Of a DNA stretch of 64,000 nucleotides, positions 1 through 7,382 are shown piece after piece. Position numbers and translations under genes: made by a program. A model generated the notes under the pieces. The model ran no database searches. It was not told where the DNA came from and saw only the letters and a list, made by a program, of their open reading frames with translations. The stretch comes from a virus: positions 6,790-70,789 of the IMG/VR virus record IMGVR_UViG_3300021376_000042; one strand, given 5' to 3'. Each line of letters starts with the position of its first letter. Position 1 is the stretch's first letter.

Positions 1-4
1 TGAC

Positions 5-328
5 GTGAAGCAGGGTTCAATCATGTGTTTGATTTCTGCTCTCCGAAATGATTTCGGTGGCGAAGTTGAAACAAATCGTGATGGTCGTAAGGTTCTGTCC
101 TATCAGTTGTTGAATGCTGATAAGGTCAAGATCCCGACGAAGGCTGCGAAGGCTGCGAAGGCTCCGAAGGCAGCAAAGGTTGCGGTTGTTAAGACCAAGA
201 CTACTGTTGCGCGAAAGGCAGCAGCGACTACCGATTCCCCGACTCTTGAGGTTGAGGAGATTGATAGTGATGCCGAACTTGCCTCGCTGAAGGCAGAGTT
301 GGGTCTTGCTGATTCTTATTCGGAGTAA
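5..328 (+). CDS. Hypothetical protein, probably 5'-truncated by the window edge; Lys/Ala-rich low-complexity segment and acidic tail
   Basis: Open frame from the window start; KAAKAAKAPKAAK encoded by 9-bp repeats; followed by a terminator. Confidence 0.6.
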   Translation: MKQGSIMCLISALRNDFGGEVETNRDGRKVLSYQLLNADKVKIPTKAAKAAKAPKAAKVAVVKTKTTVARKAAATTDSPTLEVEEIDSDAELASLKAELGLADSYSE

Positions 329-343
329 GATTCAGTCTGGCGA

Positions 344-374
344 AGAGGGGAGGTAAAACTCCCCTCTGTTTTTT
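344..374 (+). terminator. Rho-independent terminator
   Basis: AGAGGGGAG-gtaaaa-CTCCCCTCT hairpin followed by a T run. Confidence 0.8.
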
Positions 375-428
375 ATTTGTCTCCATTGTGAGACGCAATT
401 ATGTCACCATTGTGTGACGGAGAAAATT

Positions 429-1781
429 ATGAAAACTGTATATTTGCAGAAATCTGCATTAGATCTCATTCAGTTGGCTATCTCGGGTAAGTTGAATTCC
501 GATCCCATCGGTCAACGCCCACCGACTTCGCAAGGTTATGCGAAGTCCGAAGAAATTGTAAGATCTCTAATTTTGAATATTGGTATCGGCATGATCACGT
601 TGCGCGATATATCTCAAGATGAGGAAATGCAAAAGATTTATCCTGGTGTGCATTATCTTGTTATTGACGGTGGTCACCGTATTCGTGCACTGGTAAGATT
701 TTATCAAAATAAATTTCCGATCGGAAAAAAGAAGTTTAAAGAACTCAATATTGACTTGAGTCAGTACGAAGTTGCACTTGATATCACAACCTGTACATCA
801 CAGGAAGCCATTGAGAAGTTTCGTAATTTGAATCAAACCACACCAGTAAATCCGATGGAGATGCTGATGTGCGACGATCAATCTGAAGTCTGTCTTGCTG
901 TTCGTTCACTCACTCGTTACTATTCTGAGTACAAGAATGAAGCCCACGACTTGTTTGAAACTGCTTTCGACAAACATGGTGTTGAGAAGTCAAAGTTTTT
1001 TGACATGGCACCGAATCATCGACGTAAGTGGGATGAATATGTTTTCCTCGCGTTGATTAAATTTGTTGGTGGTGGCAATGTTGGTGCTGGTATTCCAACA
1101 TTCTACGATGCTGTTGATCAAGAATATAAGGGAAATAACATTCTTACTAAAACTGTGCTGAAGAATGTTGAACGATTCCTAGATGATGTTTATGGTTTTG
1201 CTAATGAACGTAAGCCATACAAACTGAACACAGATATTTTTGCTGCTCTTCAGTTGGTTTGGTTTGCTCTATATGAACAAAACAAAAACTTTAAAATCGA
1301 TGATTACACTAAATTTTATGAATCGTTTATGGCAGCGTATTCGTTGTTGACTGGTAATGCCAACACAACATATAATAACAAAACCATAAAATTTGGTGGT
1401 GACATTTATTTAATTAAAGAATTTGTTCGCACCAACATGACTAACTTTTCAAGTTCTGAAAAACAGAAAGAAGTTGCGAAGTTGTTCTTGGCTGAACTCG
1501 GCGATGATCCTGCTGAGTATGGAGTTATCTTCCGCGATTCTAAACGTAGTCTGACGACTTCTGAGCGTGAAGAAAAACTTGCTCTTCAGAGTTATAAGTG
1601 TGCTATTGACGGCGAGTCATTGCGCCTTGAGGACTCTGTTTGGGGTCACGATACTGCGTGGGCTCAGGGTGGTGAGTTGATGGATGGTGCTGTGATTCGT
1701 AAGACTCACAATCGCGACATGGGTACGACTACTCTTGATGAGTATCGTTTGATTCTTGAGATGCGTAAAGGTAAAAAGTAA
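429..1781 (+). CDS. DUF262/ParB-like (GmrSD-type) protein with C-terminal HNH-like domain
   Basis: VIDGGHR (DGQQR-like) motif and F.NLN.TTP; C-terminal CAIDG..GHD.AWAQGG...HNRDMG; ATG 429 follows GGAG. Confidence 0.65.
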   Translation: MKTVYLQKSALDLIQLAISGKLNSDPIGQRPPTSQGYAKSEEIVRSLILNIGIGMITLRDISQDEEMQKIYPGVHYLVIDGGHRIRALVRFYQNKFPIGKKKFKELNIDLSQYEVALDITTCTSQEAIEKFRNLNQTTPVNPMEMLMCDDQSEVCLAVRSLTRYYSEYKNEAHDLFETAFDKHGVEKSKFFDMAPNHRRKWDEYVFLALIKFVGGGNVGAGIPTFYDAVDQEYKGNNILTKTVLKNVERFLDDVYGFANERKPYKLNTDIFAALQLVWFALYEQNKNFKIDDYTKFYESFMAAYSLLTGNANTTYNNKTIKFGGDIYLIKEFVRTNMTNFSSSEKQKEVAKLFLAELGDDPAEYGVIFRDSKRSLTTSEREEKLALQSYKCAIDGESLRLEDSVWGHDTAWAQGGELMDGAVIRKTHNRDMGTTTLDEYRLILEMRKGKK

Positions 1782-2032
1782 TGAGTACGATAAAGACAAC
1801 TGATGAAGAATTGTTGGCTATGGAGATTTCGTATGCTAATCTCACTTCGAAATTTACTGAAGAAGGATTCAGTCCATATGCTTGTGCTGCTTCAATGGTC
1901 AAACTTGCATTAATGATCTATAAGACATCCATGGATGCCGAAGAATACAATATAATGATCGACTCTATCTCAGACAGTCGTGATCGAATTAAATCATTTG
2001 ATGAGATTCAAAAACTGAGTAGGCTAAACTAA
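1781..2032 (+). CDS. Hypothetical protein
   Basis: Coupled TAATG junctions on both sides. Confidence 0.7.
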   Translation: MSTIKTTDEELLAMEISYANLTSKFTEEGFSPYACAASMVKLALMIYKTSMDAEEYNIMIDSISDSRDRIKSFDEIQKLSRLN

Positions 2033-2295
2033 TGCGTCGTGAATGGCGATACGTTGAAAAGAACAGTCATTACTATTTCCAAGCACATGACGGAAAGGTC
2101 ATCGGTCAAGCATATAACATTGCTTTCACGATTGTTTGGGGCGCGAAGATTCCGATCAATGCAACTGATGAGTTAATTCTTGGTCAATACATTGAATTGG
2201 AATATGCTAAACGCGCGATTGAAGAATATTGGGATGAGAAAGATAGAACTCTAGAGGTGGTGCATGAACATCTTCTTCCTGGATACGGATCCTAA
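2032..2295 (+). CDS. Hypothetical protein
   Basis: TAATG coupling with the upstream gene; plausible composition. Confidence 0.65.
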   Translation: MRREWRYVEKNSHYYFQAHDGKVIGQAYNIAFTIVWGAKIPINATDELILGQYIELEYAKRAIEEYWDEKDRTLEVVHEHLLPGYGS

Positions 2296-2812
2296 AACCG
2301 CAGCGCAACAACATTGCGATAAGCATGTTGTCAAGATGATCATCGAGTATGCGCAGTTGCTTTCGACTGCGCACCGTATTCTTGACGGTAATCTGTATCT
2401 GGATAAGACAGCAAATGGTCGTAATATCAAACGCTGGAGGTTGGATGATTATCGCGAGTCTATACTATACAAAGCATCACACATCAATCATCCCTCTGCT
2501 ATCTGGGCACGAGAAGATCTTTCGCACTATCAATGGCTTTGGAATCTTGCCTCTGAACTATGCCAAGAGTACCGTTACAGATACGGTGGCACAAACGATA
2601 AGCAGCATAAGACTTCCCTCGTGATACAGAATCTCAGTTTTGCGCCCAATAACATCCCCAGAGACGGGTATTTTATTGAGCCACCCCAAGCCATGCCCAA
2701 TGATGTAAAAGTCCCTGGAGACTCTATTGCGGCGTATCGGAAATACTACAAGGTTCATAAGGTAAGGTTTGCGACATGGAAAAACCGAGAAGTGCCTGAG
2801 TGGTATAAATAA
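2264..2812 (+). CDS. Pyrimidine-dimer DNA glycosylase family (DenV-like) protein
   Basis: MNIFFLD..P..AAQ.HCDKHVVKMI.E.AQLLSTAH, HINHPSAIW, PPQAMP and AYR.YY motifs. Confidence 0.8.
   Translation: MNIFFLDTDPKTAAQQHCDKHVVKMIIEYAQLLSTAHRILDGNLYLDKTANGRNIKRWRLDDYRESILYKASHINHPSAIWAREDLSHYQWLWNLASELCQEYRYRYGGTNDKQHKTSLVIQNLSFAPNNIPRDGYFIEPPQAMPNDVKVPGDSIAAYRKYYKVHKVRFATWKNREVPEWYK
2804..2811 (+). promoter_or_regulatory. T4-type late promoter (TATAAATA)
   Basis: Exact consensus 7 nt upstream of ATG 2819. Confidence 0.75.
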
Positions 2813-2818
2813 GAGGCA

Positions 2819-3436
2819 ATGAAGAAATTCCTCGACTTTCTACAAGAAGAAATCGCTCACAATAAAGGTCTGCATGTATTCGATGTGGACGATACTCTCT
2901 TTCACACGACTGCCAAGATTCGCGTCATGAAGGGGAAGAAGCAAGTTGATTCTCTTTCCAACTCTCAATACAATACGCATGAACTTCCTGATGGTCATCA
3001 TTATGATTATTCAGAATTTCGTTCATCTGAAAAGTTTGCGAAAGAATCTTCTCCAAATGCTCGCGTTCTCAACAAAATGAAAAATCTTCATGACAAAACG
3101 AAGAAGGCTGGCGGCAAGGTCATCATCAATACTGCTCGCGCAGACTTCGATGACAAAGATAAATTTCTTGACAAGTTTCGTAAGCATGACGTTGACATTG
3201 ATAACATTCATGTTCATCGCGCAGGAAATTTAAAAACAAAAGGCACTGTTGCTGAGAAAAAGGCGAGCATTATTCGCGATCATCTCAATCAAGGGAACTA
3301 CTCGCATGCTTCATTGTATGATGACAGTGAACACAATTTAAAAGCATTCTTAGATCTCAAGAAAGATTTTCCAAAGGTGCGTTTCAATGCGCATCATGTA
3401 AAGCCAGATGGGAAGTTTAAACGATACGCTGGGTGA
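2819..3436 (+). CDS. HAD-superfamily phosphatase
   Basis: Motif I FDVDDTLF, motif II INTAR, Lys, motif IV YDDS. Confidence 0.75.
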   Translation: MKKFLDFLQEEIAHNKGLHVFDVDDTLFHTTAKIRVMKGKKQVDSLSNSQYNTHELPDGHHYDYSEFRSSEKFAKESSPNARVLNKMKNLHDKTKKAGGKVIINTARADFDDKDKFLDKFRKHDVDIDNIHVHRAGNLKTKGTVAEKKASIIRDHLNQGNYSHASLYDDSEHNLKAFLDLKKDFPKVRFNAHHVKPDGKFKRYAG

Positions 3437-3439
3437 TTT

Positions 3440-3769
3440 ATGGCAACTTATGAGTTTGTGAATACAAAAACTAAAAAGATCGAAGAGCATACAATGCCAA
3501 TGTCTGCTTATGACGATTTCAAATCAAAAAATCCTCATCTAGAAAGATATTACAGCGAAGCACCACTGTACAGTTACAGCGGCACTGGTGATTTCGCGGG
3601 TAAGAAAACAGACAACACTTGGAAAGAAGTGATGTCAAAAATCGCAGAACAAAATCCCAGAAGCCCACTAGCAGATAAAGTGTTAAAGAAAGACGCGAAA
3701 CGTACCAAGACAGATCAAGTCCTACAAAAACATTTAAAAAAGCAAGCCGCCCAGAAAAGGGGGAAGTGA
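3440..3769 (+). CDS. Conserved T4-like protein (FmdB-like N-terminus) usually upstream of phoH
   Basis: MATYEF.N.KT...E and WKEVMSKI motifs; synteny with phoH. Confidence 0.6.
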   Translation: MATYEFVNTKTKKIEEHTMPMSAYDDFKSKNPHLERYYSEAPLYSYSGTGDFAGKKTDNTWKEVMSKIAEQNPRSPLADKVLKKDAKRTKTDQVLQKHLKKQAAQKRGK

Positions 3770-3775
3770 GGAATT

Positions 3776-4531
3776 TTGAGTAAGAAGAAACACGGAAACA
3801 CAAATACTTACATCGAAATTACAACAGATACGCTGGAGAAAAAACCGCAGCGCATCAAATCGGCAGAACTTAAAAAGTTCGAGCCATTAACAGAAAATCA
3901 AGCAAAATTCTTTGAGTCATATAAATGTGGCGATTATTTTACAATGCTTTGCGGTTCAGCAGGAACTGGAAAAACTTTTATTGCATTGTATAAAGCATTA
4001 GAAGAAGTGTTAGACAAAACGTCATCATTTCATAGAGTTGTCATTGTTCGCTCAGCAGTTCAATCAAGAGATCTTGGATTCACACCTGGATCCGTTGAAG
4101 AAAAGATGAGCCTTTACGAACAACCATATATGCAAATTTGTCATACTCTGTTTGGTCGCCGCGATGCTTATGATGCATTGAAAGAATGCAATCGTGTTGA
4201 GTTTATCTCTACAAGTTTTATTCGCGGCATGTCTTTCGATGATGCCGTTATTCTTGTAGATGAATGTCAGAACTTGACTTGGGAGGAACTTTCAACTATA
4301 ATGACTCGTGTAGGTTATCGTTCTAAAATTGTATTTTGTGGTGACTATAAGCAAACAGACTTGTATCGGAATAACAAGGACAAGTCTGGAATGAAGAAGT
4401 TTCATGAAATTGCAAAGATGATGAGTTCGTTTACCAATATTGAATTTACGACAGAGGATATCGTTCGCTCAAGTTTGGTCAAGGACTTCTTGATCGCCGT
4501 TGAGAAATACGAAAAAGAAAACAGTGTTTAA
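3776..4531 (+). CDS. phoH: PhoH-like ATPase
   Basis: GSAGTGKT Walker A, LGFTPG, RGMSFDDA.ILVDECQN, GD..QTDL, DIVRS. Confidence 0.93.
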   Translation: MSKKKHGNTNTYIEITTDTLEKKPQRIKSAELKKFEPLTENQAKFFESYKCGDYFTMLCGSAGTGKTFIALYKALEEVLDKTSSFHRVVIVRSAVQSRDLGFTPGSVEEKMSLYEQPYMQICHTLFGRRDAYDALKECNRVEFISTSFIRGMSFDDAVILVDECQNLTWEELSTIMTRVGYRSKIVFCGDYKQTDLYRNNKDKSGMKKFHEIAKMMSSFTNIEFTTEDIVRSSLVKDFLIAVEKYEKENSV

Positions 4532-5195
4532 TCATATTCGTCATGAGTTTCCGCAACTCTTGCAAGAAAATGCGGATGGTAAGCGAGTGTATATTGCGCC
4601 GAATGGAGAAAAGTATCCTTCAGTCACTACGGTGATTGCGGATCACGGTAAAGAAGCAATTCTTGAGTGGCGCAAGAAGGTTGGTGAAGAGAAAGCCAAC
4701 GAGATTTCGCGTAAGGCTACGACTCGCGGCACAAGCGTCCATAAGGTCCTTGAGGCTTATCTAAACAACGAAGATATATCGGGGTTCGAGATGATGCCGA
4801 ACGTCAAGTCTCTCTTTGTACGAATGAAGCAAGAGTTGGACGACAAGGTCAATAACATTCACTGCCTCGAAGATAAATTGTTCTCTCACGAACTTAAACT
4901 TGCTGGCACTGTAGACTGTATCGCTGAGTATAAAGGAGTTCTTTCGGTTATCGATTTTAAGACTTCTGTCAGACTCAAGAAAAAAGAAAACATCGGTGGA
5001 TACTTTATGCAGGGTGCTGCATATGCCACTATGTTCAATGAGATGGCGAATCTTAACATTGATCAAGTTGTAATCCTAATTGGCGTTGATACTGCCAATT
5101 TTTGTCAGACTATGATTGTTCGAGGCGAAGAACTAGCGCATCATCGCCAAGAATTGCAAAAATATATAGATGCATATTGGACAAAAGTTGCTTGA
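4524..5195 (+). CDS. PD-(D/E)XK exonuclease (Cas4-like phage exonuclease)
   Basis: YPSVTTV, RGT.VH, AGTVDCI, IDFKTS, Q..AY; GTG start overlaps the phoH stop. Confidence 0.85.
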   Translation: MFNHIRHEFPQLLQENADGKRVYIAPNGEKYPSVTTVIADHGKEAILEWRKKVGEEKANEISRKATTRGTSVHKVLEAYLNNEDISGFEMMPNVKSLFVRMKQELDDKVNNIHCLEDKLFSHELKLAGTVDCIAEYKGVLSVIDFKTSVRLKKKENIGGYFMQGAAYATMFNEMANLNIDQVVILIGVDTANFCQTMIVRGEELAHHRQELQKYIDAYWTKVA

Positions 5196-5220
5196 CTTTT
5201 GTTTGACAGTATGCTATACT
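5192..5220 (+). promoter_or_regulatory. Sigma70-type early promoter
   Basis: TTGACT-17 nt-TATACT with extended -10 TG. Confidence 0.75.
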
Positions 5221-5250
5221 AACTATGTCTGGTTTAAATTGGAGTTTCTA

Positions 5251-5661
5251 ATGAAATGCTCAAGTTTAGTTGTTATGTCTGCAATCCTCCTGATTGGCTC
5301 AACAACCGCAAGTGCACAGAGCAACGAAGATATCGACGTGTTGCTGGGTGCCGCTGCTGGAGCCGCAATTGGAAGCACTATCGGCGACGGTGATGGTCGT
5401 AAGATTGCAACAGTTGTAGGCGGATTGATTGGCGCAAATATGGCTAGAGATCGCAATGAGTATCGCTATACTGGCAATGAGTATCGCTATACTGGTCGAC
5501 GATTTGAATCATATTGTAAGGATCGCATTCCTAGTCAATATCGAAATAATGCTGGTGTTGCCCGTTCTTGGGTTTCTGGTTGCGTTCAAAGACTTGAGCA
5601 ACGTCAAGTTGAACTTGAACAACAAGCATTTGAGGAGGCTTTGAATGGACCTGCCAATTAA
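5251..5661 (+). CDS. Secreted glycine-zipper (2TM) protein
   Basis: Signal peptide, then LLGAAAGAAIGSTIGDGDGRKIATVVGGLIGA; ATG 5251 follows GGAG. Confidence 0.75.
   Translation: MKCSSLVVMSAILLIGSTTASAQSNEDIDVLLGAAAGAAIGSTIGDGDGRKIATVVGGLIGANMARDRNEYRYTGNEYRYTGRRFESYCKDRIPSQYRNNAGVARSWVSGCVQRLEQRQVELEQQAFEEALNGPAN
5453..5494 (+). repeat. Exact 21-bp tandem duplication (in frame)
   Basis: GCAATGAGTATCGCTATACTG x2, giving NEYRYTG x2. Confidence 0.9.
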
Positions 5662-5809
5662 TATCGATGAACTTCGTGATATTGTTGTTTCTCTTGAGAA
5701 GGATAGCAACTTTGAACTTGCAGATCGTCTCAAACTTGTATGCCGTCTAATAGAAGAAGGCAAACCATACAAGAAAATTCTCCGCGAAGAATACAATCTA
5801 GTCGCGTAA
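5645..5809 (+). CDS. Small hypothetical protein, 54 aa (not in ORF track)
   Basis: GAGGAGG SD; MDLPINIDELRDIVVSLEKDSNFELADRLKLVCRLIEEGKPYKKILREEYNLVA. Confidence 0.7.
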   Translation: MDLPINIDELRDIVVSLEKDSNFELADRLKLVCRLIEEGKPYKKILREEYNLVA

Positions 5810-5845
5810 TAGTCTCCATCAATCGTTACGATTGAATTAAATTAT
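5809..5845 (+). promoter_or_regulatory. Putative OxyR operator upstream of ahpC
   Basis: ATAG-N7-CAAT-N7-ATTG-N7-TTAT versus consensus ATAG-N7-CTAT-N7-ATAG-N7-CTAT. Confidence 0.65.
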
Positions 5846-5933
5846 AACACAACGCCGCGAAATGCCTCGCATTTTGCATATATACGTTTGTGTATAGGTT
5901 TTGTTTAGGGTCAAAGTTATAAAGGAGTTAAAC

Positions 5934-6512
5934 ATGAAGACAGTCGGCGATAAAATTGAAAAGTTTGTTGTAACTGGTGTAAAGCCAGGAGCACTTGAGC
6001 CTACTGATGCATTTGAAAATATTACAGATCTTTCTTTTGAAGGCAAGTGGAAGGTCATTGTTTATTATCCAAAAGATTTCACATTCGTATGCCCAACGGA
6101 AATTTTGGCATACGATAAGTTGAATAAAGATTTTGCTGATCGCGATGCGGTTCTTCTTGTCGGTTCAACTGACAATGAATTTTGTAAATTGGCTTGGAAG
6201 AATGCGCATGAGGGGTTGAAGAACACCACTTGCTGGATGTTTGCTGATACTCATCGCGATCTCGGCGATCATTGGGATCAAATGAGCGAAGGTCTTGTAG
6301 AGCAACTTGGAGTTTTCTTCAAGCCTGCTGGCGCTGCTCTTCGCGCAACATTCATTGTTGATCCTAGCAATGTGATTCAGCATGTGACGGTGAATAGTCT
6401 TGCAGTTGGACGCAATGCTGATGAGACTCTCCGCGTTCTTGACGCATTACAAACTGGTGAACTTTGCCAGTGTAATCGTGAAGTTGGTGGTAAGACACTC
6501 AAGGATCTGTAA
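5934..6512 (+). CDS. ahpC: 2-Cys peroxiredoxin (AhpC)
   Basis: YYPKDFTFVCPTE peroxidatic motif, RATFIVDP, GRN..E.LR..DALQTGELC; AAGGAG SD before ATG 5934. Confidence 0.92.
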   Translation: MKTVGDKIEKFVVTGVKPGALEPTDAFENITDLSFEGKWKVIVYYPKDFTFVCPTEILAYDKLNKDFADRDAVLLVGSTDNEFCKLAWKNAHEGLKNTTCWMFADTHRDLGDHWDQMSEGLVEQLGVFFKPAGAALRATFIVDPSNVIQHVTVNSLAVGRNADETLRVLDALQTGELCQCNREVGGKTLKDL

Positions 6513-6619
6513 TGAAGAACGGTCTCGAATTTATAAAGGAGTGGGGGTTGCTTTTAGTTCCTTTTATAGTTTTAGGTCTATTTTGGCTTGGTATACATTT
6601 TACAAACATTCTCTACTAA
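6512..6619 (+). CDS. Small single-pass membrane protein, 35 aa (not in ORF track)
   Basis: TAATG-coupled to ahpC; MKNGLEFIKEWGLLLVPFIVLGLFWLGIHFTNILY. Confidence 0.6.
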   Translation: MKNGLEFIKEWGLLLVPFIVLGLFWLGIHFTNILY

Positions 6620-6630
6620 AGGAAATACAA

Positions 6631-6879
6631 ATGAAAAAGTTTATTCTCGCTCTTGCTCTCGTTTCTGTTCCAGCATTGGCTCAGGATCGTGTAGCGCAAT
6701 ATGACTTTGACAAAGATGGCAAAGTTTCTTTTGAAGATGTGAATCGTTTCTGCACAGTTTCAAAGGCACTCTTTGATCGTGCTGATAAGAACAGTGATGG
6801 ATTCTTGACCAACGCCGAAATGCGCACTGCGAAAGAATATCTCTTTTCACGTTGCATGGAAATACCAAAGAACGGCTGA
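6631..6879 (+). CDS. Secreted EF-hand protein
   Basis: Signal peptide MKKFILALALVSVPALAQ; EF loops DFDKDGKVSFED and DKNSDGFLTNAE; two Cys; AAGGA SD. Confidence 0.8.
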   Translation: MKKFILALALVSVPALAQDRVAQYDFDKDGKVSFEDVNRFCTVSKALFDRADKNSDGFLTNAEMRTAKEYLFSRCMEIPKNG

Positions 6880-6916
6880 TACCTAAATATTGCTACCTTT
6901 AAAAAAGGAGTAAGAT

Positions 6917-7075
6917 ATGTCTGACGTGAAACAAGTAAAGTGTGGTTGTGGTCGTAGTCCAACAGGTTACTGCGTTGGTCTACATAAAATGACAAATGAA
7001 CAATATAAGGCTCATCTTGACCAACAGCAGAAATCATTGAACGAACAGACCAAACCACAATTTCTAGTTGATTAA
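6917..7075 (+). CDS. CDGSH-like iron-sulfur/zinc-finger protein, 52 aa (not in ORF track)
   Basis: AAGGAG SD; MSDVKQVKCGCGRSPTGYCVGLHKMTNEQYKAHL..., a Cys3His pattern resembling CDGSH. Confidence 0.7.
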   Translation: MSDVKQVKCGCGRSPTGYCVGLHKMTNEQYKAHLDQQQKSLNEQTKPQFLVD

Positions 7076-7318
7076 TGGTAGTAAACCTTTGACTAAAGGT
7101 GTTTCGGACGTGGGTTCGACTCCCACCTTCTCCACCATCGACGGGGAAGAAATGGCTTCGACGGGGCAAGTAATAACCCAAAGGCTACCCGAAAGGTGAC
7201 GAACGTAATTCGCACAAATCAAGTAAACGCAAACGATGATGTTTACGAAATGGCTCTCGCTGCTTAATTGCAGTATGAGATTACCAGAGTTGACCGCTTG
7301 GTAACAGAAAGGTCAGGA
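7076..7318 (+). ncRNA. ssrA: Circularly permuted (two-piece) tmRNA; acceptor piece about 7076-7137, coding piece from 7143; tag ANDDVYEMALAA at 7229-7267
   Basis: T-arm GTGGG-TTCGACT-CCCAC plus CTTCTCC-ACCA precedes GGGGAAG; these pair with a G3:U70 wobble; P2 pairings between pieces; tag ORF ending ALAA-stop; 3' pseudoknot. Confidence 0.93.
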
Positions 7319-7319
7319 T

Positions 7320-7346
7320 GGTGGGCGAAATGCCCACCCTTCTTTA
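7320..7346 (+). terminator. Terminator after tmRNA
   Basis: GGTGGGC-gaaat-GCCCACC followed by a T-rich tract. Confidence 0.65.
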
Positions 7347-7382
7347 TATTATGACACACACAACACACAAAGGAGATATAAA

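Noticed and set aside
4524-5195. Cas4 as part of a CRISPR system
   Set aside because: No array or other cas genes, and no Fe-S Cys cluster; this exonuclease commonly sits next to phoH in T4-like phages
6400-6630. N-terminal extension of the EF-hand ORF in the ORF track
   Set aside because: Overlaps ahpC and the 35-aa peptide in other frames; the real start is 6631 with SD and signal peptide
7105-7137. Stand-alone tRNA gene or integrase att-site remnant
   Set aside because: Only the T-arm and acceptor 3' strand are present; they pair with the downstream GGGGAAG and are followed by a tag ORF, so this is permuted tmRNA
6681-7181. 166-aa minus-strand ORF
   Set aside because: Antisense shadow of the EF-hand gene, CDGSH-like gene and tmRNA; no SD or recognisable motif
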